The notes below the pieces were generated by a model. It made no database searches, was not told the origin of the DNA, and saw only the letters and a list, made by a program, of their open reading frames with translations. This document shows, piece by piece, positions 37,481 to 47,328 of a stretch of 64,000 nucleotides of DNA. The stretch spans positions 37,902 to 101,901 of the forward strand of contig ONNR01000008.1 in assembly GCA_900319235.1 (NCBI GenBank). Reading direction: 5' to 3'. The position numbers were made by a program, and so were the translations under genes. The stretch is from an uncultured Prevotellaceae bacterium. Its GTDB lineage: Bacteria; Bacteroidota; Bacteroidia; Bacteroidales; UBA3663. The first letter of the stretch is position 1. Every line of letters starts with the position of its first letter.

Positions 37481-38770
37481 TTTTTTAGAATTATTTATTA
37501 ATGTTTGTTTATGTAGAAATTGTACTATTTCAACGAGCAAAAATAGAAAAAATGGAGCAAACAGCAAAAACAAAACCAATAAAATTCGGTTATGGTAGTT
37601 AATTTCTTCAATATCGCCGCTTGTTTGCTCATTTAACTTGCCACTTGTGAGACCTTCGGCATCGAGTCGCGAAAGAGGCGTTTTCCAGCAGATGACCCCA
37701 TCGCGCAGCAACATCACCGCTGGATTCGAGCGGCACATCGTCTCGATGATCGAAGCATCGGTGAACACAAACGGGTATTCAGCGCCCGTGTTGAACTTCC
37801 ATCGTTCGAGCTGTTTCTCGTCGCGTGCCGTAAGGCAAAGGAAGCCGTAGTCGTTGTCACCGGCATATTCCGAAAGGAGTTCGATGCGGTCGATGTCGTG
37901 CTGCGAAGCCTTGTCGAGCGAATGACTGAGTAAAAGCAGCGTATATCCAGGTCTCGACAAAAGTTCGTCGGTGATGACCTCGCCATCGGCGGTTTTTACG
38001 AAGAAGTCGATGTGCTTTGGTTCGGCCTTGCTCCTATCGTCTGAAACCTTGCCATCGGCGTGACGTTCAATCGTTTCGACAAACTCCCAGCCCTCGGCTT
38101 CGTCGGGAAGGCTGTCGAGCGAAAACTCCTGGCGAACGCCGTTGCGCTGATAGATGCAGACCCACTCCGAGTCGGAGTCCGTTGTTTGCTCCTGCCCCTC
38201 TCCCATCACGGCTTCCTTCAGATTGGTTCCGGGGGTGAACGGGCGAAAGTCGATGAAGGGTTCGCGCCAGCTGCCCATCCAGCAGAGCCACACGGCCAAA
38301 CCTAAGGCACAATAGCTGTAGAACACGTAGAACGTGCGTCCCATAAGCCGGTACATCAGCTCGCTCTTCGTCCAGAGTAGGGCAAGCATCACGATGAGAA
38401 TCAGGTTCTTGCCGAATGTTTGCCAGTTGGTCAGATGGACGGCATCGCCGAAGCATCCGCATTCGCTGATGGCATCGGTAAGCGCCAACCAAAGCGTCAA
38501 CGGGGTGAACAAGAGCAGCAGCAGGGTGCTGACCACAAGGGTGAGATGTCGTGCATGGCCCAACAGTATGTTCACACCGCAGATAAACTCCACGATGCAC
38601 AACAGCCACGCTATGCCCATCGACAGGTCGGTCAGCATCCCAAACCCGAAATATTGCAGGTATTCGGTCACCTTGATCGAGGTACCTGCCGGATCGACAC
38701 ACTTGGCCAGACCGCTGAAAATGAACACGGCGGCAAAAAGGAACTGAACGATGCGTACGACAATCTTCAT
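37481..38770 (-). CDS. BT_3928-like membrane protein (DoxX-like N-terminus plus thioredoxin-like domain plus C-terminal TM); no stop codon before tpiA
   Basis: N-terminus [27 protein letters not shown]. The frame runs uninterrupted into tpiA (track ORF 36725..38770, 681 aa). Confidence 0.7.
37538..37545 (-). promoter_or_regulatory. -7 box TATTTTTG inside the fused ORF, upstream of the tpiA ATG
   Basis: TAnnTTTG on the minus strand, 58 nt upstream of ATG 37480, in an AT-rich stretch. Confidence 0.45.
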
Positions 38771-38788
38771 CCCTTCGAGTCCAAGTCT

Positions 38789-39346
38789 TTAGCCTTCCTC
38801 CTTGCCCTCGCCTTCGCAAACCAGCTTGATAAGTGCGAAGAGCGAATAGTTCACCATATCCATATAGTTGGCGTCGATGCCTTCGCTGATGAGCGTATGA
38901 CCCTTGTGGTCCTCGATCTGCTTGGTGCGTTCAAGCTTCATCAGGATAAGGTCCACGTAGCTCGAGATGCGCATCAGTCGCCACGCCTCGTCGTAGTCGT
39001 GGTTCTTGGCTTCGAGCAGGGTGAGCGTCTTCTCCATATACTTGTCGTAGAGCGCCACCACCTTGTCGGCGTCCATATCGACGCCATCAGCAGGACCGTA
39101 TTCAAGCTGTATCAGGCCCATCAGTCCGTAATTGACGATGCCGATGAATTCGGGCAGGATGCCCTCTCCCACCTTCGATTCGCCCTTGATCTGTAGCGAA
39201 CGTATGCGGGTGGCCTTGATCAGCAGCTGGTCGGTGACCGAAGTGGGACGCATAATGCGCCACGATGCACCATAGTCGTAGGTCTTTTTCGTGAATATGT
39301 CACGGCAAATCTTAGTGACGGCCTTAAGTTCTTCGTTTGTAGTCAT
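38789..39346 (-). CDS. DUF1599 domain-containing protein
   Basis: ICRDIFTKKTYDYGASWRIMR...DQLLIKATRI pattern. Conserved synteny with BT_3928-like, tpiA and SPOR genes in Bacteroidales. Confidence 0.8.
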   Translation of the reverse strand: MTTNEELKAVTKICRDIFTKKTYDYGASWRIMRPTSVTDQLLIKATRIRSLQIKGESKVGEGILPEFIGIVNYGLMGLIQLEYGPADGVDMDADKVVALYDKYMEKTLTLLEAKNHDYDEAWRLMRISSYVDLILMKLERTKQIEDHKGHTLISEGIDANYMDMVNYSLFALIKLVCEGEGKEEG

Positions 39347-39352
39347 TATCTG

Positions 39353-39880
39353 TTATTTCTGATTGATTGTCACGGGTTCGAAGAAGTTGAATGGAGCATT
39401 CACCAGCTCCTTCATCTGATCGTCGGGCGTATAGGCCACGCGCTGTATCTCGCCCTGGTTCGAATTGATGGTTCGGAATGTGCCGATGCCCTTCACCTCC
39501 ACCTCCTCGCCGCGGGCCAGCACGGCCAGGATGCTTTTGGCCAAGGCTGCCACAAAGCGGCTTGCTTCCTCGATGGGTGTCTTGGTCGATTCGGCCAAAT
39601 GGTGGTCGAGCCACTCGCGCCCTACGCCTTCTTCCTCGACCTGCATACGGTAGGAGATGCGAGGTGGATAGAGGGTCAGTTGGCCAGTTTCGGGGTCGTT
39701 GGCGATGTATTCGGGATGCTTGTGCGAAGCGAAGGTGCCCAGCCCGGGTAGGGTCACAGGGATTTGTTCGACGCCTGCATTGGCCATCTGTCGGCCCACG
39801 GCGTTCAGAAGCACGGCGCATTGCTGTCGATCAAGATGGCATAACTTTTGCAAGTATGTGATAAAATCCTTCTGTGTCAT
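39353..39880 (-). CDS. HU/IHF-family DNA-binding protein with two HU-like halves
   Basis: Each half carries the GLGTF / GIGTF beta-arm motif. Start at MTQKDFITYL. Confidence 0.7.
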   Translation of the reverse strand: MTQKDFITYLQKLCHLDRQQCAVLLNAVGRQMANAGVEQIPVTLPGLGTFASHKHPEYIANDPETGQLTLYPPRISYRMQVEEEGVGREWLDHHLAESTKTPIEEASRFVAALAKSILAVLARGEEVEVKGIGTFRTINSNQGEIQRVAYTPDDQMKELVNAPFNFFEPVTINQK

Positions 39881-39994
39881 ATTTTTTATAATATTGGTGT
39901 GCAAAAATAGTGATTTTTCTCCAATCTTGTGACATTTTTAGGTAATAATTGTGAATTTTTTTCGAAAAACCACCCGATTCTCGAAAATTATTCT

Positions 39995-40002
39995 TATTTT
40001 TG
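39995..40002 (+). promoter_or_regulatory. -7 box TATTTTTG
   Basis: TAnnTTTG 51 nt upstream of the clpC ATG at 40053. Confidence 0.55.
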
Positions 40003-40052
40003 CATCAAATTATGGGACTTTTTGTCCAAATGATTTATTTTTGACAACGAAA

Positions 40053-42713
40053 ATGACAAACAAATTCAACTCGCGTATTCAGGAGATACTGCAACTCAGC
40101 CAGCGGGAAGCCGAGCGTTTCCACAGCCCCCTCATCAAGACCGAGCATCTGATGCTGGGTATCCTTCGTGACGGCAAGGGACGCGGGGTCGAGGCGTTGT
40201 TGCGCCATGGCGTCGATCTTGTTCGTCTGCGAATGAATATCGAGCAGAGTCTCTACAACACCACGAGCGACAACTTCGACAGCGTGCCGACGGCCGATAG
40301 CGGTGCCACCGACACCCTCGACGAGAACGAACAGCATCTGTCGCGTGATTGCGACCGCACGATGAAGCTCAGCCAGCTCGAGGCGCGCATGATGAAGGAG
40401 CAGAACGTGGCTCCCGAGCACATCATTCTGGCTATGCTGAAGGACGATCGGAGTGTGGTCAGCCAGCTGCTTATGCAGTACAATGTGGATTACTCGTCCT
40501 ACTACAAGCAGGTTGCTGAAATCGGACACATCGACCCCAGCGAGCAGAACAATGCCCGCGCACACGGCCTGGCACGCGACGACGACCAGCCCGACGACCA
40601 GCCGCAGGCCTCTGCTGACGAGGGAAACAACGATATGTACAGCGACGGCTACGATGATGATGCCGAAGAAGAGGAGGAAGAAGACGGTCCGTTGGGCGGT
40701 CAGCGTTCGCGTACCCGTCAGCGCAAGCAGGGACAGCAGGCCGAATCGAGCACACCGGCTCTCGACAAGTTCGGCTTCGACCTCACGCAGGCTGCCAAGG
40801 AAGGAAAACTTGATCCCGTAGTGGGTCGTCACGACGAAATCGAGCGTCTCACACAGATTCTTTCGCGCCGCAAGAAGAACAACCCCATCCTCATCGGCGA
40901 ACCCGGTGTGGGCAAGAGCGCCATCGTCGAAGGCCTCGCCCAGCGCATCGTCGAGAAGAAGGTCTCGTGGCTGCTTACCGACAAGCGCGTCATCAGCCTT
41001 GATATGGCTGGTCTTGTGGCCGGCACCAAGTATCGTGGACAGTTCGAGGAGCGCCTCAAGGCTGTCATCAAGGAACTGGAGGACAACAAGGACATCATCC
41101 TCTTCATCGACGAGATCCACACCATGGTAGGTGCCGGCAATGCTCAGGGCTCGATGGATGCTGCCAATATGCTCAAGCCCGCCCTCAGCCGTGGCGAGAT
41201 CCAGTGCATCGGCTCGACCACCATCGACGAGTACCGCAAGACCATCGAGAAGGACGGTGCCCTCGAGCGCCGATTCCAGAAGGTAATGGTTGAACCTACG
41301 TCGGCCGACGACACCCTCACCATCCTGCGTAACATCCGCGACCGCTACGAGGAGCACCACAACGTGCACTTCACCGACGAGGCCCTCGAAGCCTGCGTGC
41401 GCCTTACCGACCGCTACGTCACCGACCGCAACTTCCCCGACAAGGCCATCGACGCCATGGACGAGGCAGGCTCGCGTATGCACCTCTATTCTGCCGACCA
41501 GCCCTCCATCTTTGCCGAACTCGAAGCCAAGATCGAGGAGACCAAGCGCCTCAAGGACGAGGCCATCATCAGTCAGACGTTCGAAGTGGCTGCCTCGTGC
41601 CGCGACCGTCAGCGCACCCTCGAGCAGCAGCTCAAAGAGGAACGCCGCAAGTGGGCCGAAGAGCAGAAGAGCAACCGCGCCGAAGTAACACCCGAAATCA
41701 TTGCCGAATGTGTGGCCAAGATGACGGGCATTCCCGTGCAGAAGGTGGCCGCCACCGAAGGTCAGAAGCTCCTCGCCCTCAAGGACATCATGAAGAGCAA
41801 GGTCATCGGGCAGGATGCTGCCATCGACAAGGTGGTACGTGCCATCCAGCGCAACCGCATCGGTCTGAAGGACCCCGCCAAGCCCATCGGAACCTTCCTC
41901 TTCCTCGGTCCTACGGGTGTGGGCAAGACCTATCTTGCCAAGATCCTGGCCGAAGAAATGTTCTCTACCAAGGACAGCCTTATCCGCGTGGATATGAGTG
42001 AGTTCATGGAGAAGTACAGCGTGTCGCGTCTCATCGGCGCGCCTCCTGGCTACGTAGGTTACGATGAGGGCGGACAGCTCACCGAGCGCGTGCGTCGTCA
42101 CCCCTACTCTGTCGTCCTCTTCGATGAGATCGAGAAGGCTCATCCCGACGTGTTCAACCTTATGCTGCAGATCTTCGACGAAGGTCACCTCACCGACTCG
42201 CTCGGTCACAGGGTTTCGTTCAAGAACACCATCATCATCCTCACCTCCAACGTCGGCAGTCGCCAGGTGAAGGAGTTCGGTTCGGGCATCGGTTTCTCGG
42301 CTCGCACCGACCAGGAGGAGAACGAGGCAGCACAGTCGATAGTGATGAAGGCGCTCCGCAAGACCTTCGCTCCCGAGTTCCTCAACCGTATTGACGACAT
42401 CATTAGCTTCAACCAGCTCGGAAAGAACGAGATACGCAGGATTGTCGATCTCGAACTCGGCGCCGTCATCAAGCGTCTCACTGGTCTCGGCTACGACATC
42501 ACGGTCACCGATGCCGCCAAGGAGTTCCTCGGCGTGAAGGGCTACGACAAGCAGTATGGTGCCCGTCCACTCAAGCGTGCCGTGCAGCAGTATGTCGAGG
42601 ATATGCTCTGCGAGCAGATGCTCGAGCACCAGGGCGAAACCGGTGTGCGCATCACCATTGACAAGGACCCCGACAAGGATTCCACGATCGCTCGTTTCGA
42701 GTCCACGAATTAA
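40053..42713 (+). CDS. clpC: ATP-dependent Clp protease ATP-binding subunit ClpC-like
   Basis: Two Clp_N repeats, two AAA+ modules ([17 protein letters not shown]) and a UVR-like middle region. Long acidic linker after the N-domain. Confidence 0.9.
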   Translation: MTNKFNSRIQEILQLSQREAERFHSPLIKTEHLMLGILRDGKGRGVEALLRHGVDLVRLRMNIEQSLYNTTSDNFDSVPTADSGATDTLDENEQHLSRDCDRTMKLSQLEARMMKEQNVAPEHIILAMLKDDRSVVSQLLMQYNVDYSSYYKQVAEIGHIDPSEQNNARAHGLARDDDQPDDQPQASADEGNNDMYSDGYDDDAEEEEEEDGPLGGQRSRTRQRKQGQQAESSTPALDKFGFDLTQAAKEGKLDPVVGRHDEIERLTQILSRRKKNNPILIGEPGVGKSAIVEGLAQRIVEKKVSWLLTDKRVISLDMAGLVAGTKYRGQFEERLKAVIKELEDNKDIILFIDEIHTMVGAGNAQGSMDAANMLKPALSRGEIQCIGSTTIDEYRKTIEKDGALERRFQKVMVEPTSADDTLTILRNIRDRYEEHHNVHFTDEALEACVRLTDRYVTDRNFPDKAIDAMDEAGSRMHLYSADQPSIFAELEAKIEETKRLKDEAIISQTFEVAASCRDRQRTLEQQLKEERRKWAEEQKSNRAEVTPEIIAECVAKMTGIPVQKVAATEGQKLLALKDIMKSKVIGQDAAIDKVVRAIQRNRIGLKDPAKPIGTFLFLGPTGVGKTYLAKILAEEMFSTKDSLIRVDMSEFMEKYSVSRLIGAPPGYVGYDEGGQLTERVRRHPYSVVLFDEIEKAHPDVFNLMLQIFDEGHLTDSLGHRVSFKNTIIILTSNVGSRQVKEFGSGIGFSARTDQEENEAAQSIVMKALRKTFAPEFLNRIDDIISFNQLGKNEIRRIVDLELGAVIKRLTGLGYDITVTDAAKEFLGVKGYDKQYGARPLKRAVQQYVEDMLCEQMLEHQGETGVRITIDKDPDKDSTIARFESTN

Positions 42714-42808
42714 TATTTATTTTATCACGAATTAGAGAATTAAAGAATTTTTTAACCTTTCCTTATTATTTTAATTCCATAATTCTCAAATTCGCTAATT
42801 CGTGATAA
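42705..42808. repeat. CACGAATTA-family element as an imperfect inverted pair, embedding the clpC stop
   Basis: Left arm ttatcacgaattagagaattaaagaatt (42722). The right arm aattccataattctcaaattcgctaattcgtgataa (42773) is its reverse complement (14 nt perfect plus extensions). The clpC stop lies in CACGAATTAA at 42705. Confidence 0.8.
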
Positions 42809-42828
42809 GAAAAAAAGTCCCCCTCTTA

Positions 42829-45800
42829 ATGAATCCCCGAAGAAAGGTCCTGACCGTCCTCTTGGCCGTCGTGACCATCTTGACCCAAGCGCAGCAGGCT
42901 ACATCCCTGCAAATCAACGAGATCTGCCCATCGAACATCGATCAATGGGTTGATCCTTCGTTTAATTATGGCGGTTGGGTCGAGCTTTATAATCCCACTT
43001 CCACGGCCGTCAATATCACCGGCTGGTATCTGAGCGACAAGAAGGAAAAGCTGCAGAAGGCCAAGGTCACGCAGACAACCTCCGTGCCCGCCAAGGGCTT
43101 CACAACCCTTTGGTTCGACCATTACAGCAAATGGTCGAAGAAGACCATCGATATGAAGCTCGATTGCGATGGCGGCACGCTCTATCTCAGCGACGCCCAG
43201 GGCAACCTCGTCACTTCGCGCGAATATCCCGAGGCCGTGTCGCGCTGCTCGTGGGCACGTACGTCCGATGGTGGCGACACGTGGAGCTATTGTGCCAATC
43301 CCACCCCAGGCAAGACCAATGCGGGCTGCAAGTTCGCCACCGAGCGTCTTGAAGAACCGGAAATCGACACACCCTCGCAGGTCTTCGGTACGTCAAGCAT
43401 CGCCGTCCACGTCACCATTCCCGAAGGCTGCACTTTGCGCTACACCACCGACGGCAGCGCGCCCACCGAGAAGAACGGCTACAATTCGCTGACGGGCGTC
43501 TTTTCGACCACTGTCACGCGCACGTTCCGCTTCCGTCTCTTCCGCGACGGCTACCTGCCCAGCGCCGTGGCTACGCGAACATTCATCAAGAGCACGCGCG
43601 ACATCGACCTGCCCATCCTCTCCATCACGGGCACGCAGGCCAATTTCTACGGCGACTCGCTGGGCATCTTCGTACAGGGAGTCAACGGACGCCCGGGCAA
43701 CGGACAGAGCTTCAAATGCAATTTCAATATGGATTGGGAGCGTCCCTCGGTGTTCGAATATTTCACGGCCGATGGCAAACTGCTCTTTGAGCAGGAGGCG
43801 GGCATCGAGCGTTGCGGTGGCTGGAGCCGAGCCTGGTCGCCCGCTTCGTTCAAGATCAAGGCCAACAAGCGCTACGAGGGCCAGAAGCACCTCCTCTATC
43901 CTTTCTTCGAGGAGAAACCCTACCTCAAGCACAAGACCGTGCAGATTCGCAATGGTGGCAACGACAACGGTTGTCGCGTGCTGGACGTCATTCTCCAGCA
44001 GATAGCTGCCACCTCGGGCCTCGACATCGACTACCAGGCCTATCAGCCCGTCGCCCATTTCGTCAACGGCGTGTGGAAGGGTGCCATCAATATGCGCGAG
44101 CCCAACAACAAGCACTTCGTCTATTCGAACTACGGCTACGACGAGGACGAGATCGACCAGTTCGAGATGTCGCCCGATTCGGGCTATTGCCAGAAGTGCG
44201 GCACCTACGAGGCGATGCAGGACCTGCTCACCCTTTCTAAGTCGGCTTCCGACGCCAATACCTACAAAGCCATCTGCGACCTCATCGATATGGACGAGTT
44301 CTGCAACTATATGGCCATCGAATTCTACCTGCGCAACAGCGACTGGCCGCAGAACAACCTCAAGGCCTGGCGCCCGCGTCGCGAGGACGGCCGCTTCCGC
44401 TTCGTGCTTTACGACCTCGATGGCTTCGACTGGACAAGTTCGCCGTTCAACGACTTCACCAACAAGCGCATCTATACCTTCAATCGCCTCTATGGCGAAT
44501 CGCAGCAGTACATCACCAAGGAGATCGAGGTGGTCACCATCTTCCTCAATCTGCTCAACAACGAGACCTTCCGCAAGAAGTTCATCGACACGTTCTGCCT
44601 CATTACCTATTCGGTGTTCGAACCTTCGCGTTGTGCCGAAATCTGCGAAAGTGTGGCCAACCGCGTGGCGCACACCCAAGGCCTTTACAACAACGAAAGT
44701 CCTTGGGGCACAGCCAACAACGTGAGGTCGGCGCTCTCGACATCGCGGCAGAACACCCTGATGAATTTGCTCAAAAGCTACAGCCGTATGAAGCTGTCGT
44801 CGCAATCCCCCCGCACGGCAAAGCTTGAGGCGAATATTCCTGAGGCGCGCCTTTCGTTCAACGGCATGCCCATCCCCACCGGCAAGTTCAACGGCAAATA
44901 CTACGCGCCCGTCACCGTCAAGGCCGAAGCCCCGTCGGGCTACGTCTTCACGGGTTGGCGTGTCGCTTCTACCACCAGCAGCGAGCTCTTCCCCACCACG
45001 CAAACCTGGCGCTACTACGACAAGGGTTCGCTCGACGGAATCAACTGGAGTGATGCCGACTACAACGATGGTTCGTGGGCTTCGGGACCTGCTCCGTTGG
45101 GTTACTACGTGGGCGGAAGTCGAGCCTATGGCACCACCATCAGCTACGGATACAACGTCAACAGCAAGTATCCGACCTACTATTTCCGCACGTCGTTCGA
45201 CCTCGCCGAAGCGCCCATGGGCAACGAGACGTTCCGCCTTTCGTTCACCGTCGACGACGGAATGATTGTCTATGTCAACGGCGTTGAGGCCATACGCTAC
45301 AATATGCCCGGTGGCAACGTCACCTACAACACCTACGCCACAACTTACGCCCAGGGCAACCCCGACAGCGGCACCGCCAACCTCAATGCCTCGCTCTTCA
45401 GGCAGGGCACCAACGTCATCGCCGTCGAAGTGCACAACAACTCCGGCTCTTCGACCGATATCTATTGGAGTGCCTCGTTGTCGAAAAACCTGACGTCGGG
45501 CGGAGAACTGGTGTGCAGCGATCCCGAATATGAACTCCCAGCAAGCAGCCGCGACCTCATCGCCTGCTTCGAACCCATCGCTTCTGCCGACACCCCTCTC
45601 CCACCTGTTGTCATCAACGAGGTGAGTGCCGACAATGGCATCTACATCAACGACTTGTGGAAGAAATCCGATTGGATTGAACTCCACAACACCACCAATC
45701 AGGACATCGACCTCGCGGGTATGTATCTCTCCGACAAGGTGGGTAAACCCGACAAGTGGCAGATAGGCGCAGACCTCGCTGAAGATTCCTCCATCTCGAC

Positions 45801-46257
45801 CATCATTCCCGCCCACGGCTACCGCATCATCTGGTGCGACAAGGAGGAGGGCATCCGTGACCTCCACGCCCCCTTCAAGCTCGAAAACGTCGATCAGAGC
45901 CAGGTCATCCTCTCGGCTGCCGATGGCTCGTGGAGCGACACGCTCACCTATTGCGCCCATCTCCCTGCCGAAACCGTCGGGCGCTATCCCGATGCTTCGC
46001 GCAACGTCTATCTGATGACGCGCACCACCATCGAGCGCACCAACCAGCTCACCACCATCGCCGCCACCGTCGAGCAACCTGCCGAGAGTGCCATCCAGCA
46101 GGTACTCTCCGACGACATCCTCGATGACAGCTATTCCATCTTCGACCTCAATGGCCGCCTTGTCCGCGAAGGCCGTGGCTCCCTCACTGAGGACCTTCCC
46201 TCGGGCGTCTATATCGTCCGCAGCAAGGGCTCGGCGTATAAGGTCGTGGTGCCGTGA
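42829..46257 (+). CDS. CotH kinase family protein with two lamin-tail (LTD) domains, Fn3-associated domains and a T9SS C-terminal sorting domain
   Basis: Two LTD signatures (LQINEI...WVELYNPT..ITGWYLSD and VVINEV...WIELHNTT..LAGMYLSD). The central CotH region is homologous to the other two CotH ORFs here. C-terminus IFDLNGRLV...GVYIVRSKGSAYKVVV. Confidence 0.85.
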   Translation: MNPRRKVLTVLLAVVTILTQAQQATSLQINEICPSNIDQWVDPSFNYGGWVELYNPTSTAVNITGWYLSDKKEKLQKAKVTQTTSVPAKGFTTLWFDHYSKWSKKTIDMKLDCDGGTLYLSDAQGNLVTSREYPEAVSRCSWARTSDGGDTWSYCANPTPGKTNAGCKFATERLEEPEIDTPSQVFGTSSIAVHVTIPEGCTLRYTTDGSAPTEKNGYNSLTGVFSTTVTRTFRFRLFRDGYLPSAVATRTFIKSTRDIDLPILSITGTQANFYGDSLGIFVQGVNGRPGNGQSFKCNFNMDWERPSVFEYFTADGKLLFEQEAGIERCGGWSRAWSPASFKIKANKRYEGQKHLLYPFFEEKPYLKHKTVQIRNGGNDNGCRVLDVILQQIAATSGLDIDYQAYQPVAHFVNGVWKGAINMREPNNKHFVYSNYGYDEDEIDQFEMSPDSGYCQKCGTYEAMQDLLTLSKSASDANTYKAICDLIDMDEFCNYMAIEFYLRNSDWPQNNLKAWRPRREDGRFRFVLYDLDGFDWTSSPFNDFTNKRIYTFNRLYGESQQYITKEIEVVTIFLNLLNNETFRKKFIDTFCLITYSVFEPSRCAEICESVANRVAHTQGLYNNESPWGTANNVRSALSTSRQNTLMNLLKSYSRMKLSSQSPRTAKLEANIPEARLSFNGMPIPTGKFNGKYYAPVTVKAEAPSGYVFTGWRVASTTSSELFPTTQTWRYYDKGSLDGINWSDADYNDGSWASGPAPLGYYVGGSRAYGTTISYGYNVNSKYPTYYFRTSFDLAEAPMGNETFRLSFTVDDGMIVYVNGVEAIRYNMPGGNVTYNTYATTYAQGNPDSGTANLNASLFRQGTNVIAVEVHNNSGSSTDIYWSASLSKNLTSGGELVCSDPEYELPASSRDLIACFEPIASADTPLPPVVINEVSADNGIYINDLWKKSDWIELHNTTNQDIDLAGMYLSDKVGKPDKWQIGADLAEDSSISTIIPAHGYRIIWCDKEEGIRDLHAPFKLENVDQSQVILSAADGSWSDTLTYCAHLPAETVGRYPDASRNVYLMTRTTIERTNQLTTIAATVEQPAESAIQQVLSDDILDDSYSIFDLNGRLVREGRGSLTEDLPSGVYIVRSKGSAYKVVVP

Positions 46258-46285
46258 TCACTTTCCACGGAATATAGATAAACAC

Positions 46286-46445
46286 CCCTTCGTACCGCGC
46301 GGCGCAGCCTCGCCAAAAGATTGCACCACTCCGTACCAAGCGGAGCAGCCTCGTCGCAAGATTGCTCCCTTTCGTACCAAGTGGAGCAGTCACGCTGCAA
46401 GATTGCACCACTCCGTCCCTCGGGGAGCAGCCGTCATCGCAACCC
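46286..46445. repeat. 41-bp tandem repeat x4, each unit hairpin-capable
   Basis: CGTACC-type unit starts at 46291, 46332, 46373 and 46414 (exact 41-bp period). Units contain GGAGCAGC..GCAAGATTGCTCC type inverted segments. Confidence 0.9.
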
Positions 46446-46546
46446 GCCTTGTCCCGTTTGTTATTGTCGCAGCTATGTTTGGCTGCCGCTCCAATAGGGA
46501 CCACGCAGCGCATCCCTCCCCGCAATATCCCCCATCTACAAACAAA

Positions 46547-46581
46547 GGGCCCGCATCAAACGATACGGACCCTTTTCCTTT
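46547..46581 (+). terminator. terminator-like hairpin about 290 nt downstream of the CotH stop
   Basis: GGGCCCG-loop-CGGACCC (1 mismatch), followed by TTTTCCTTTATT. Confidence 0.5.
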
Positions 46582-46986
46582 ATTGAGAGTGAGCATTCTC
46601 ACAATATTTCGAGCTTTACCCCATATCGGTGAGTGAGAGGTGATGCCTTTAGCCGTCAATACGTTTTACGCTTCATCGGGCTGATCCTCATTGTCAGCCT
46701 TATTATCTCTACTTTCGGCTTCAAGATGGGCCATTTGACCACAAAATCTTTCCAAGTAAGGTCTGGATATAAGAATTCCACACCGCTCATTTGTGCGCCA
46801 AGTATGGGAAAAAGCATCGGAAAGAGGGGTCCTTGTGTGTCTTTTGATGTCTGTGAGAGCTGAATTTTGATGATTTCTGTCCTTTTTTCGAGTTTGTGCG
46901 TCTTGGATACGATTGATATTGAGATATCGTACATAATTGATATTCAGCTTAATAGGTGAAAACTTGGAAAGGTTCACTGCTTCAAT

Positions 46987-47150
46987 TTCAGTTATTTCAG
47001 TTCTTCAGTTGTTTTTTCGAAGGGTGTGTCTTTTCTTCTTTTATTTTAAAATATTATATATAATTAATTATTAATAAGTTATATATTATTAATAAAGGCC
47101 TTAAAAAAATAGACCCTCTAAAATCTAACTGAAGAACTGAAATAACTGAA
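46987..47150. repeat. perfect 24-bp inverted repeat flanking a 116-bp extremely AT-rich core
   Basis: Left arm ttcagttatttcagttcttcagtt (46987-47010). Right arm aactgaagaactgaaataactgaa (47127-47150). The arms are themselves TTCAGTT word stutters. Confidence 0.9.
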
Positions 47151-47328
47151 GAACTGAAATACTTTGTTGCGAACTACTCAACTGCTTTCCCCCTACAAGG
47201 CCTGGGAGTGCTCGGAGGATCTCGTCACTCATTCACAACTCTGTTTTTTTTTTGGGTAAACGGCTGGATTAATCCTCAAAAAATATAAAAAATTATTCAA
47301 TTTTCTTTGCCATCTCCCCGAAAACACG

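Noticed and set aside
40035-42629. Very long antisense ORFs opposite real genes. Examples: 864 aa opposite clpC, 894 aa at 43393..46077 opposite CotH-1, 815 aa at 59617..62064 opposite GH3, 502 aa at 51073..52581, 375 aa at 6790..7917, 339 aa at 62665..63684 and 338 aa at 27794..28810.
   Set aside because: Their translations are low-complexity (rich in V/G/L/A/D/H) with no motifs, whereas the opposite strand carries unmistakable family signatures. Antisense frames stay open when the sense strand avoids TTA/CTA/TCA codons, so these ORFs are a codon-usage by-product.
46630-46980. Overlapping short minus-strand ORFs (103 aa and 92 aa) that I tried to read as a frameshifted integrase or transposase remnant next to the 24-bp inverted repeat.
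   Set aside because: I could not align any catalytic motif. The RHT-like and W.DF-like patches are in the wrong order for a tyrosine recombinase. It may be a decayed gene, but the sequence alone does not support a call.
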